Source: a virus
Taxonomy: Duplodnaviria > Heunggongvirae > Uroviricota > Caudoviricetes
Direction: 5' to 3' (one strand)
IMG/VR virus record: IMGVR_UViG_3300035670_000071
Length of the DNA: 64,000 bases
In this document: positions 27,177-36,433 of the stretch, piece after piece
Layout: each line of letters opens with the position of its first letter
Numbering within the stretch: position 1 is the first letter of the stretch
Notes under the pieces: generated by a model
What the model saw: the letters and a program-made list of their open reading frames with translations, nothing else
Told to the model about the DNA's origin: nothing
The model's database searches: none
Made by a program: the position numbers and the translations under genes

Positions 27177-28026
27177 AGAAATTGTTGCCAAAAAATCTTT
27201 AGAGATTATTTTGGTCTTAAATTGTTGGTATTGAACTTTCAGAAATTTTAGCAACAACGTCGGACTAATTGGCCAATGTGAGACTTGACAGTAAATTGGT
27301 TGCTGTCGTTCCCGCCAAATTACACATTCCGTTTGAGTTGTTGTGTTGCATTTTAGGTTAATCACCCATTATGGTATATGTAGAATAATCGAACTCATAT
27401 ATATAGTTTTTGGTCATCGCCGTAAATATAGAATTGAGAGTTAGGAAATGACTCACTATACAGGTCACGACATCTTCGAGCCTCACCTAAATCATTAAAG
27501 GATTGCATCACTTTGCCTATATCGGTAACGATATAGTATCTTACTTTAGTATTCCGACTTTCGATTTGGCTACACCTGGAGGCTGTATCAACTTCACTAC
27601 ATATTCCACATCTGGATTGCAGTTCCTTTTTTGTTTGAGAAGTTTAATATGATGAGCATCCCTAAAGCTATGATAATCTTGACTTTCCCACGTTATCGTC
27701 TTTTTCTGCAAGACTTCTAAAACTTTGTATGTATCCATTTTATTATGAAGGGAGTTCCGCCCTCTGCTACATAGGCTGGGTAAGACAGTTGAGGTTCTGC
27801 CAGAAGTTGACCATACATAACAGAGGTCTGCGGCCCCATTTTAAGTATTCAATATCTTCTGTAATTCTGCTTTGTATTCTGGGTCTTCTATCATTGGGGT
27901 CATATCTATTACCCGAGCACAATACCCACATCTTGTTATGCCAACTTTATCAACTGCAATAAGTATTATCTTATTTTTTGATAATAAGCATTGATGTATA
28001 TCCTCAAATCTTTTCATTGAAGAGCC

Positions 28027-28329
28027 TCATTTCTTTCTCTTTGTTATGGTCTTCTTCCGCTTTACTTTACGTCTTACTAACTTTTTTCTTTTCTTCTTAT
28101 TCGTATGCAACCATTTCGTTGTCCAATAAATAAGAAGAGTAGCGACAAGCGTAGTGACCACTGCCGTCATATAGCCATTACCTGCAATGCCAAATTTGGC
28201 GAGAAACCGATTGAGCGTAGCTGCAATCGGCTCTCGCCAACTAAGGCCAACAAGCAATGCCAATCCTGCTGTTATTCCTGTATACGCTTGTCCCTTAAAC
28301 TCTTCCTTAATGTCGTCCAATATCCGCAT
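28027..28329 (-). CDS. membrane protein with a highly basic K/R-rich C-terminal tail
   Basis: Two TM helices, then KKKRKKLVRRKVKRKKTITKRKK. Confidence 0.45.
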   Translation of the reverse strand: MRILDDIKEEFKGQAYTGITAGLALLVGLSWREPIAATLNRFLAKFGIAGNGYMTAVVTTLVATLLIYWTTKWLHTNKKKRKKLVRRKVKRKKTITKRKK

Positions 28330-28367
28330 TCGTTTCCCTTAATTGCCCTTGTTCTCAGAATAAAGAA

Positions 28368-28463
28368 TTACTTCTTTTTCTTCGAACTCTTGTTTTTCTT
28401 TGATACTTTTGCCTTAACTACAACTTTAGCTTTGGCTTCTACTTTCGATTTCTTTTTTGACAT
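28368..28463 (-). CDS. lysine-rich micro-protein (31 aa, MSKKKSKVEAKAKVVVKAKVSKKNKSSKKKK)
   Basis: Hand-translated; GGAGGCGG ribosome-binding site 5 nt upstream of the ATG. Confidence 0.45.
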   Translation of the reverse strand: MSKKKSKVEAKAKVVVKAKVSKKNKSSKKKK

Positions 28464-28477
28464 ATGTCCGCCTCCAT

Positions 28478-28525
28478 TTACTTTTTCTTTGGTGGTGTCT
28501 TTTTTGATACTGGTTTCTTTGCCAT
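28478..28525 (-). CDS. lysine-rich micro-protein (15 aa, MAKKPVSKKTPPKKK)
   Basis: GGAGGTGA ribosome-binding site upstream. Confidence 0.4.
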   Translation of the reverse strand: MAKKPVSKKTPPKKK

Positions 28526-28549
28526 ATATTCACCTCCGTTATGTTTTAT

Positions 28550-28618
28550 CTATTTTCTTTTTACTGGTTTGCCAGTAATAGGATGTGTTGGTTTTGTTTT
28601 TGGATTTACTTTAGCCAC
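28550..28618 (-). CDS. lysine-rich micro-protein (22 aa, GTG start, AKVNPKTKPTHPITGKPVKRK)
   Basis: GGAGG ribosome-binding site overlaps the end of the upstream gene; start codon is GTG. Confidence 0.3.
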   Translation of the reverse strand: MAKVNPKTKPTHPITGKPVKRK

Positions 28619-29156
28619 TTTTATTTACCTCCGTCGGTTCATCTGCATCAAAGACATCTTCGAAATCATCTATTGTCTTTGACACATCAGTCTTCTCTTG
28701 TGATACGGCAGAGGTTTCCTCTACAGTTTCAACTGTTAGTTTCACTGGTTTATTGTCCTTAAAATGTTCAAATAATTCTGGATGTGCTTTGCATACTTTC
28801 TGTCCTAATACGTTGATTAAAAACCAACTTCTGCTCTTTACAACTTCGATTTTTGCCATTGTTTTTTCCCTCACTTGTTTGTATACTTTCTTTGCCTTGC
28901 CATAGAATACTATCGCACTATCTCTTAGTATCCCATATTTCCTCAAGCACCAAGACTTCCAATACGCCACTTGTTTGACATCGATAATGATAGTCGGCGG
29001 TTCTGGTTTTTTGAAAACATTCCTAATTGCCTCTTTTGGAATATGAAATGGACTGCTTTCATCTCTGCAATTTTCGCAATACACATAGATATGTTGTCCA
29101 ATATGTAATGTGATAATTTTTCCTTTGCAGAGTCTACACCTATATTCATTCGGCAT
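28611..29156 (-). CDS. zinc-ribbon protein
   Basis: N-terminal CRLCKG...CENCRD. Confidence 0.45.
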   Translation of the reverse strand: MPNEYRCRLCKGKIITLHIGQHIYVYCENCRDESSPFHIPKEAIRNVFKKPEPPTIIIDVKQVAYWKSWCLRKYGILRDSAIVFYGKAKKVYKQVREKTMAKIEVVKSRSWFLINVLGQKVCKAHPELFEHFKDNKPVKLTVETVEETSAVSQEKTDVSKTIDDFEDVFDADEPTEVNKSG

Positions 29157-29383
29157 TCCATACCCTATACTTACCCATTATTTTATAAGTCCATATTACA
29201 TTTAGTATTTAAATGTAACGCCTTATACCCACAATATGGGCATACAACGCCTGACTTTTCTTGACCACATCTTTGGCACGGCATAGTTTACATTCTCCCA
29301 TTTACTGAAAAGGAAAGAATTATTTCCTCATTTTCTACCCAGTTCTTTCAACATATGCTTTTCAGTTTTTGAAAATAAAAAAT

Positions 29384-29524
29384 TTATTTTTTGAGTATGT
29401 TCCCAACTACCTTTTCTGCATAGCCTTCTCCGACTTTACATTTAGGGCAGAACTTTTTACTCTTCGCAGCCTTTCCACATTTAGGGCAAGACCATTTTTC
29501 ATTTTCTAATTTTGGTAATACCAT
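29384..29524 (-). CDS. zinc-ribbon miniprotein (46 aa)
   Basis: Hand-translated MVLPKLENEKWSCPKCG...CPKC; AGGAGG ribosome-binding site. Confidence 0.35.
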   Translation of the reverse strand: MVLPKLENEKWSCPKCGKAAKSKKFCPKCKVGEGYAEKVVGNILKK

Positions 29525-29536
29525 CTTGTGTTCCTC

Positions 29537-31675
29537 CTAAAAATTTATTTTCTTACCAAACCCAATTTTGTTTGGTATCTGATTATTAACTCTTTGTTGT
29601 GTGAATGATGTATTCTGTTGAGCCTTTCCTGCATTGCCATTTGTGAATGGATTATTAACTTGCATCTGTGGAACTCTTTGAGCTTGTCTTTGTGCTTTTG
29701 CTTCCTGTCTTGCTTCTCTATCTCTCGCCGCAGCTCCTCTTTGTATATTAGCAAACTGCATCTGTTTTATTCCAGCTTGTCTTCTTACTGCTGCTCTTTG
29801 TGCAGGTGTCGCACCCTGATATTTTACAGAATATGCTTTTACCCAAGTATCGTATACTTTCTGTGATTGTTCTTTATTTGATGATTCATAAAATTTAGGA
29901 ACTATACTTCCTGGTGATGTTGCTGTCGGGAAATCATATCCATATACATCCCAAGTATCATCAGCGTCGTCATAGAAATCTACTGCGAATCCTGTTCCTC
30001 TTTGTGAATTAACTAATGTTGCACCACGCTTCATATAGTTTCGCATAACTGCTTTCTTCTGAGCCATAGTTCCCTTGTTAAAACTATGCTGGTCTGCTCC
30101 ACCACCTGGTCCTGCATTGACTCCAGTTGAACCTCTATATGATGGCATATTTGCGAACTCTTTAGGAATAAGATTTCCATTCTCATCAAGTTTCCAGAAT
30201 CTTCCTTCCTCTTTAACTGGTAATCCTTGAGCCTGTCTTAATGCTCTAACTTCTGCAAGTTGAGCAAGAATTTCTGGTGAAAGAACAAATCCTTCTCCAT
30301 CACTATCTGGAATAAATTGCATATTTCCTTTAGCACCCATTGTAGATTGTGCAAATAAATTTTCTACTTTTGATGATGGTTCATAACTTCTTGTTTCAAT
30401 TCTTATATCAGATAAAGCTCTTGTTGGTGCTGCTGCAAGTAAAGCATCCGCCTCTGCCGCACTTAATGTTTCATCAACGAAATACTGAGCATAATTTTCA
30501 TCAAAGAATGTATTATAAGAATCCATTGTTCCGCCTGAACCAGCTATTGCTTGTTCAATCTTAGTTGAAGAAACAGGAGCATAAGGGTCTGTATTTGTCC
30601 CACCACCTGAAAGCAATGAAAAACCAGAACCTATACTTGATGTTGGTTCATATGATTTTGGCAACTCTGTAGCCACTGCTGGGGCATCAGCTAATGTATT
30701 ATCTAACATACCTTGTATATCTGTTGTTCCTTCAAGTAAAGAAGTCTCTGTAGTCGCTGTCATCATTGATGCATCTGCAAATAATGTAGATGGTTCACTG
30801 CTTAACACACTCGGCTCTGATGCTAATGCTGTCGTTGGAGTAGCATAAATATTTGATAATAATCTTGTAGTTCCTTCAGCAAGACCAGAGGTTGTTGTCT
30901 CTGTAGATGGTAATGATGTTGATAAAAAATCAGTATTCGTAGTTGGTAATTCCTGTGTTAAAAACGTTGAAGGTTCTGACGCAAAAGTTAATGTCTCTGG
31001 TGCTGTTGAAGATTCTATAGACACCCCTGACACATTTATTGGTTCAAGTGTTGGAAGTGGTGCTTCAGAAGTATAAGACGACATAGTAGAAAGCTTTAAT
31101 CTTGAATCTGCCGCAGCTTGTCTTTCTGCTGCAAGTTCTGCAGGAGTTTTCTCTGGTGTGACATTCAATAATGAAACAGAATTTTCAAGATTTGTTCCAA
31201 GTGTATTCAAAGAATTTGATGCTATATCTCCAAGAACGTCTCCTGTATCAACAACTTGTGTTTGTGTTGCTGCAGGAAAATAACTTGTTTGCCCAGCTAA
31301 TGCTTGTTCTTCAGCAAGTATTTCTTCTGGTGTTTTTTCTGTTGTCGTTCCAGCAGATGCCATATATTCCGTCTTAACAGAATCCATCTGTTGTTCAAGA
31401 GCTGCTGCTCTTGCACGTGCATCTGCCGCAGCTTGTCTTTCAGCTTCTAATTTTGCAGCTTGTTCAGCAGCTAATCTTTCAGCTTCTTTTCTTGCTGCTT
31501 CTTCCTCTTGAAATTTCTTTAAAGCTGCTGCCTCTGCTAATGCTGCTTTTTCTTCTTCAGAATAAGACTGTTGAGGTGATGAAGTTGAGACTGATGTCGA
31601 TAGTTGTGATGATGCAGACGAGGATTGAACCTGTCTTTCGCTTCTTCTCTCTTTGAATCTATCGAAAAATCCCAT
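29537..31675 (-). CDS. 712-aa protein with N-terminal coiled coil and long S/T/Q-rich low-complexity region
   Basis: EA-rich coiled coil KKFQEEEAARKEAERLAAEQ; remainder is low complexity. Confidence 0.55.
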   Translation of the reverse strand: MGFFDRFKERRSERQVQSSSASSQLSTSVSTSSPQQSYSEEEKAALAEAAALKKFQEEEAARKEAERLAAEQAAKLEAERQAAADARARAAALEQQMDSVKTEYMASAGTTTEKTPEEILAEEQALAGQTSYFPAATQTQVVDTGDVLGDIASNSLNTLGTNLENSVSLLNVTPEKTPAELAAERQAAADSRLKLSTMSSYTSEAPLPTLEPINVSGVSIESSTAPETLTFASEPSTFLTQELPTTNTDFLSTSLPSTETTTSGLAEGTTRLLSNIYATPTTALASEPSVLSSEPSTLFADASMMTATTETSLLEGTTDIQGMLDNTLADAPAVATELPKSYEPTSSIGSGFSLLSGGGTNTDPYAPVSSTKIEQAIAGSGGTMDSYNTFFDENYAQYFVDETLSAAEADALLAAAPTRALSDIRIETRSYEPSSKVENLFAQSTMGAKGNMQFIPDSDGEGFVLSPEILAQLAEVRALRQAQGLPVKEEGRFWKLDENGNLIPKEFANMPSYRGSTGVNAGPGGGADQHSFNKGTMAQKKAVMRNYMKRGATLVNSQRGTGFAVDFYDDADDTWDVYGYDFPTATSPGSIVPKFYESSNKEQSQKVYDTWVKAYSVKYQGATPAQRAAVRRQAGIKQMQFANIQRGAAARDREARQEAKAQRQAQRVPQMQVNNPFTNGNAGKAQQNTSFTQQRVNNQIPNKIGFGKKINF

Positions 31676-31856
31676 TTTTATTTACCTCACTTTTTCTTTT
31701 TTGATGGAAGTGTTCTCCAAGCTTCATACGTCTTTGTGCCTACCTTATATGTTCCGACAGCAAATCGTCTACCACTCTTTGTAACTTCCTTGACATTCGA
31801 ATTAGGAATGCTAACTTTCTTTTTCAATACTACAGAATAAAATTCAGTTGAACCGC

Positions 31857-32123
31857 TCATTTTTTCCCCCTCACAAACTTCTTATCAAAATTTTTGGACA
31901 TATTTTCCAAATTATCTTTGTTCGCCGCATACACACCTGCAACAACTCCCAAGCCTGGGACTCCAACAACTGCTCCAAGTATGCCTCCACCGACAGCATA
32001 ATTTACTGTCTTTCTCGTCTGCTTATCTTGAATCAATGGTTTTTGAATAGCTGTAGCTCGTTTTTTCTCGACTCTTTTCTGGCCGAGAATATTTGATACC
32101 ACATTATCGCTGTTGAAATGCAT
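31857..32123 (-). CDS. small glycine-zipper membrane protein
   Basis: GGGILGAVVGVPGLGVVAGV. Confidence 0.4.
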   Translation of the reverse strand: MHFNSDNVVSNILGQKRVEKKRATAIQKPLIQDKQTRKTVNYAVGGGILGAVVGVPGLGVVAGVYAANKDNLENMSKNFDKKFVRGKK

Positions 32124-32136
32124 TTAGGTCACACTC

Positions 32137-32346
32137 TTATCTTCGACAACCCTTGCCTTTGAAATGAGGTCCTTTTCCATCAAATTTTCTTGGTCCACGT
32201 TTCAATAGAGTATTGTCATAAAGATTTTCTGTTTCTTTGAACTCGCCTTCAACATTAGGTTTTACACCCTTTGTCTTTCCTTTACCAAGAAGAGTTACGT
32301 CTTTCTTGCCAAGGATTTTGTCTACAATCTCTTGGGAGTTTGCCAT
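32137..32346 (-). CDS. small basic protein (internal start MANSQ)
   Basis: K/G-rich. Confidence 0.3.
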   Translation of the reverse strand: MANSQEIVDKILGKKDVTLLGKGKTKGVKPNVEGEFKETENLYDNTLLKRGPRKFDGKGPHFKGKGCRR

Positions 32347-32347
32347 C

Positions 32348-32503
32348 TTACTTACCCTTCTTTTTAGACAATATCTTTGATGTAACATCTCCCTTAGTTG
32401 GTGAGTCGCCAATCAATTTCTTTACAACGCCTTCTGTATATCCGCCATCCTTTGTATTTTTCAACAAAGCATCATTTGTCAATTTGGTTTCCTTCTTTGC
32501 CAT
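32348..32503 (-). CDS. small basic protein (51 aa)
   Basis: Hand-translated MAKKETKLTNDALLK...; GGAGGTG ribosome-binding site; TATA-like 15-mer about 55 nt upstream. Confidence 0.35.
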   Translation of the reverse strand: MAKKETKLTNDALLKNTKDGGYTEGVVKKLIGDSPTKGDVTSKILSKKKGK

Positions 32504-32552
32504 ATTAAATACACCTCCAGTGTAGTCTTACTATATTTAAAACGACTTTGCT

Positions 32553-32567
32553 TTATATATATATTTT
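32553..32567 (-). promoter_or_regulatory. TTTATATATATATTT TATA-like promoter motif
   Basis: Exact 15-mer recurs at four other intergenic sites. Confidence 0.4.
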
Positions 32568-32581
32568 TTTACAATCTCTAT

Positions 32582-33166
32582 TCATAAAAGTTCAAGGGTA
32601 TAATCACAGCTCTTCGCCAAGATGCTCTGATGAGTTACAAGAAGGACAGTGATATGCTTTTCCATACAATAGTGCCTAACTTTCTTATATAATTGAGTAT
32701 ATAGATTCTCGTCAAGACTCTTGAAAGGTTCATCAAGTAATAGAATATTGGGTTCTACAATAAGTGCCCTAATAAGCAATAGCCTTTGTTTCTCTCCACC
32801 TGAGACCTTATCTATGCTTTTACCAAGATGTTGCTCTACATTGAAGAATTGGGCCATTAAACGCATCCTGGAAGTATCATCTGCTGATACCTCCCTCCCT
32901 TCAAGTTTCAAAGGCAAAAGAAGATTCTCTTCAATAGACAACCAAGGCATCAACCTATCTTCCTGAAACATATACGACAGCTTACCTTCTGCCGTTATCT
33001 CTCCCTCAAATTCCTCAAGCCCTGCAATACACCGCAGAAGCGTTGTCTTCCCAATACCGCTTGGGCCAACGATGGCTGTCATCTTTCCTTCAGGTGCCGT
33101 AAAAGAGAAGTCCTTATGGACTTCAAGACCCCCATACTTCTTGTGGAGATTTTCAATCTTTAACAT
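32582..33166 (-). CDS. ABC transporter ATP-binding protein (NitT/TauT family)
   Basis: Walker A GPSGIGKTT, ABC signature VSGGEKQR, Walker B LLLDEP. Confidence 0.75.
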   Translation of the reverse strand: MLKIENLHKKYGGLEVHKDFSFTAPEGKMTAIVGPSGIGKTTLLRCIAGLEEFEGEITAEGKLSYMFQEDRLMPWLSIEENLLLPLKLEGREVSADDTSRMRLMAQFFNVEQHLGKSIDKVSGGEKQRLLLIRALIVEPNILLLDEPFKSLDENLYTQLYKKVRHYCMEKHITVLLVTHQSILAKSCDYTLELL

Positions 33167-33893
33167 ATGAAAAGAACCTCCTTTGTGTATATCTCAATAT
33201 CCAATCTATAACTAATCCTATCAAGACAATCAATAATACTACAGCAAACAGCTTAGGGATGTTAAGGAGTCTATAATAGTTGTTTACCATAAACCCAAGC
33301 CCATTTGTTCCTATGAACAATTCTGCAGTCACAACAATCTTCCAAGCCACGGCATTTGACCTTATGATTCCAAGAAATATTGGTGGCATCATCTGTGGAA
33401 ATATGATATATCTAAAAATTCGTTTCTTGTTTTTTGTTATCGTGCTTCCATATTCGAGAAGCTGTTTATTGATATTTGATAACCCTAATTGCACGGCAAC
33501 AAATATGTTTGGCAATATGACCATCACAATTATAAAATATGGTGTTACCCACGATAAACCAAACAATACAATTCCTATGATTGTCCATACTGCTGACGCA
33601 AGAAATTGACTTGGATAAAAAATCATATCCACATATCCTGCTATCTTAGGATAGAAATATCTCAACGAGCCTATGAATAGCCCTACAAGTGTTGCAAAGA
33701 GTAGAGAGATATACACTCTTTGTGAACTTAAAAATACATTCTCCCACGTCCTTGTCTTAAACAACAAAGAGAAAAATTCTGAAATAATTTCAGACGGAAC
33801 TGGGACTATAAAATTATCTACGCTTATCTCCCATACAATTAAGATAGCAAACGCAAAGACTATCTTAAGCCAATTCCGTCTTAGCCAATTCAT
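33153..33893 (-). CDS. ABC transporter permease (NitT/TauT family)
   Basis: Six or more TM helices; conserved EAA-like loop. Confidence 0.7.
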   Translation of the reverse strand: MNWLRRNWLKIVFAFAILIVWEISVDNFIVPVPSEIISEFFSLLFKTRTWENVFLSSQRVYISLLFATLVGLFIGSLRYFYPKIAGYVDMIFYPSQFLASAVWTIIGIVLFGLSWVTPYFIIVMVILPNIFVAVQLGLSNINKQLLEYGSTITKNKKRIFRYIIFPQMMPPIFLGIIRSNAVAWKIVVTAELFIGTNGLGFMVNNYYRLLNIPKLFAVVLLIVLIGLVIDWILRYTQRRFFSYVKD

Positions 33894-33900
33894 TGTCTTC

Positions 33901-34878
33901 TCAGATAAATAAAGTATCTGTTGTTACAATGTAGTCTAACACACCCTCAGAATAAGCTGTTCCAAGTATAGCTTCCCAAGCAAACCAATCTTTATAGTTC
34001 ATCTTGTCAAGCCTTATTTCATACTTAGCTTTTTCTAAAAGGAAGTCATAATCGTCTCCACTTTCTTCAGCTTCAAGTCGTGTTATCTCTTCAAGATGTT
34101 CCTGACTCCATTCATAGTTTGCCCTGAAATATTTTATTGCATCGTCATATATCTCAGGATTCTTTTGATATTCATCATATCTTGCAACAAAGAATTTCGC
34201 AGGAGGAACCGTCCCATAGAACTCGTTCATCTCTTTTCCAAAGTCAAGCACTGTCTTATATCTGCTATCAAAGTCTGAAGCAAATATGAAATCACTATCA
34301 AACATTGCTGCATCAATTTCTCCTTTCTCTAAGAGTGCAGGTGCATTCTCTGAATCAATTCCAATGAACTCTATTCTGTCCAAATCTAAATTATATATCT
34401 TGAACAGAACTGTCTTCATAATTAATGTAGAACCATCTGTTGCTCCTTGAATACCTATCTTTTTTCCATAGAAATCTTTTGGCCCATTGATTGAAGAACC
34501 TTTCAAAGCAACAACTTGTCCGACGCTAAATCCTTTAGGTCCTACAATCTCTCTATAATATGGTGCGAGAACTTTAAATTTCTCTCCTTCATTATAGGCA
34601 ATAGCCAAATTAACTCCACTCAATACTCCTATCGTCGGTGTTCCTTTTGTAGCAAGTGTATAAAGCTCTGCTTGATTATAGCTGCTTTCTACAATCTTTA
34701 CATTCACACTTTGTGGTTCAGGAACTTTTCCTTCGTGTAACGGATAGAATATTGGATTGAAACCAACACCTGTCACAACAAGGTTTAAGTCAGGTCTTTC
34801 ATCTGGTATCTTTGGTTCGTTTGTGCATCCTGCCAGGACCAGAATCCCCAGCATTAATGCCATTATTACATATTTCAT
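33901..34878 (-). CDS. ABC transporter substrate-binding lipoprotein (NMT1/SsuA-like)
   Basis: Lipobox LVLAGCTN; periplasmic-binding-protein-like fold inferred from family resemblance. Confidence 0.6.
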   Translation of the reverse strand: MKYVIMALMLGILVLAGCTNEPKIPDERPDLNLVVTGVGFNPIFYPLHEGKVPEPQSVNVKIVESSYNQAELYTLATKGTPTIGVLSGVNLAIAYNEGEKFKVLAPYYREIVGPKGFSVGQVVALKGSSINGPKDFYGKKIGIQGATDGSTLIMKTVLFKIYNLDLDRIEFIGIDSENAPALLEKGEIDAAMFDSDFIFASDFDSRYKTVLDFGKEMNEFYGTVPPAKFFVARYDEYQKNPEIYDDAIKYFRANYEWSQEHLEEITRLEAEESGDDYDFLLEKAKYEIRLDKMNYKDWFAWEAILGTAYSEGVLDYIVTTDTLFI

Positions 34879-36107
34879 TTTCGGCCTCCAAATCGTCTGT
34901 CATAGACGACCTTTGTCTTTTCCCCATTGAGCTTCTTATTCACGACTTCCATCGGACAGAATAGCCCAAGCCCAACTCCTTCACTCCAAGTATACTCCTC
35001 AGAGATTTCGAAGTTGTTAGCAAACGTATTTGCAAGGGTGGGTAAGACTCCCCTATCAACATACTCTGGAAGAAGTTCAACATACAACGTGAACTTTGAT
35101 TTCACGAGGTCATCGTCTTCTATCTCTTCCACAGTAATCTGATAATCACCAGTTATATATTGTTTTATTGATTTAATCGCATCATCTATTCTGTCTTTGA
35201 ATATAGTGATGCCTTTCACCTTAATCTCATCTGATGCTCTACCGACCATATAGTATTCACGCATCCCGCAATCACATATACCACCGACCCTGAATAGGTC
35301 TTCTGTGTCATACCTGATTATTGGATTCTCAGTTGAGAGCTTGGTGATAATAAGTCTGCCGACCTCACCTTCTTCAGCATACTTATTGTTGTCTGCAATG
35401 AACTCATAATAAAAATCTTTCGGAAATATATGGTATATATTGCTTTCTATAGTATGTCTGCACTGATACATTGATATAGCTGTCTCTGCCATACCATACT
35501 GCTGAATTATCTTTGCCTTTGGATAAAGCTCCTGAAGCTTCTTTCTTACAGGCCCAGACAATACGCTACCTGCCAAAAGCCACTTATCAATACCATCATA
35601 TCCAAGAATGTTTAACATAGACGCAATCTTCAAAGCTACAGGCGGGGTCGTTCTGATGGCATTTATCTTAGCTTCCATAATGACCATTGCAGTGGTCTGC
35701 AGGTCATACGGGTTTCCTAAGAACACCATAACACCTGCCTTAGCAAAGTGTCTGGCAAACGTATACGCAAGAGTATAATTATTTATTATCGCTACTCTGT
35801 CTTTTTTACTTCCCTGATTAAGATAGAAAGCTGTCTTTGCGAATCTTGTTGCAGACTGCTCAATCTCTTTCTCTGAACGATAGAATATGGCCACTTGTGA
35901 TGACGTTCCAGAAGTCAATCGTGCAAATACTGCACCTTCAATTGTATCTATACCGAAATCAACATTAGAAGTTTCAAGATTATCAAGAAGCATATGTTTT
36001 GATATAATAGGAAGACGCTTAAAATCCTTAAGGTCGTAACCCTTATACAGCTCTTTATAGAACTTTGAGTCGGCTGCCGCTAACTCTACAATGTCTCCCT
36101 TATCCAT
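34875..36107 (-). CDS. adenylate-forming ligase, PaaK/coenzyme-F390-synthetase-like
   Basis: LTSGTSS (A3), QQYGMAETA (A5), YDTEDL (A8-like). Confidence 0.6.
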   Translation of the reverse strand: MDKGDIVELAAADSKFYKELYKGYDLKDFKRLPIISKHMLLDNLETSNVDFGIDTIEGAVFARLTSGTSSQVAIFYRSEKEIEQSATRFAKTAFYLNQGSKKDRVAIINNYTLAYTFARHFAKAGVMVFLGNPYDLQTTAMVIMEAKINAIRTTPPVALKIASMLNILGYDGIDKWLLAGSVLSGPVRKKLQELYPKAKIIQQYGMAETAISMYQCRHTIESNIYHIFPKDFYYEFIADNNKYAEEGEVGRLIITKLSTENPIIRYDTEDLFRVGGICDCGMREYYMVGRASDEIKVKGITIFKDRIDDAIKSIKQYITGDYQITVEEIEDDDLVKSKFTLYVELLPEYVDRGVLPTLANTFANNFEISEEYTWSEGVGLGLFCPMEVVNKKLNGEKTKVVYDRRFGGRK

Positions 36108-36131
36108 TTTTATAAACCCTCAACGATTAAG

Positions 36132-36416
36132 TTAACAGCCAAGTTGTGAATACTTCACCTTTGACAAGTCAACAACAGTCTCAACTTCTAAATTCTTTAG
36201 AAGTTGTGTGTTTTCTGCCAACTGCAAAGTTATTTCCGATGGCTGGAAGGGTTCAAGAACGGTATGTTGCAACAATGCAACAGGGTCTTTCTGGCTAAAC
36301 TGGTCTGCTGAAGCAACTGCACCAAGGACAGTAGCTGCGGTTATTCCAGTAGCTAAAGCAATAGCTCCTATTTTCTTCATTGTTTGCCTGTCCATACCCA
36401 TCTTAAACACCCTCAC
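36132..36416 (-). CDS. small secreted protein (signal peptide; C-terminus ...YSQLGC)
   Basis: Signal peptide MKKIGAIALATGITAATVLGAVASA; TATA-like 15-mer immediately upstream. Confidence 0.45.
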   Translation of the reverse strand: MRVFKMGMDRQTMKKIGAIALATGITAATVLGAVASADQFSQKDPVALLQHTVLEPFQPSEITLQLAENTQLLKNLEVETVVDLSKVKYSQLGC

Positions 36417-36417
36417 C

Positions 36418-36432
36418 TTTATATATATATTT
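36418..36432 (-). promoter_or_regulatory. TTTATATATATATTT TATA-like promoter motif
   Basis: Exact recurring 15-mer. Confidence 0.4.
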
Positions 36433-36433
36433 A

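Noticed and set aside
27138-28020. Small minus-strand ORFs between the tRNA array and the basic-protein gene (27138..27365, 27541..27738, and hand-found about 27720..27900 and 27845..28020)
   Set aside because: Frames are mutually inconsistent (an apparent frameshift between ...IKWIHTKF and MDTYKV...), there are no recognisable domains and no ribosome-binding sites; possibly a decayed gene. Left unannotated.
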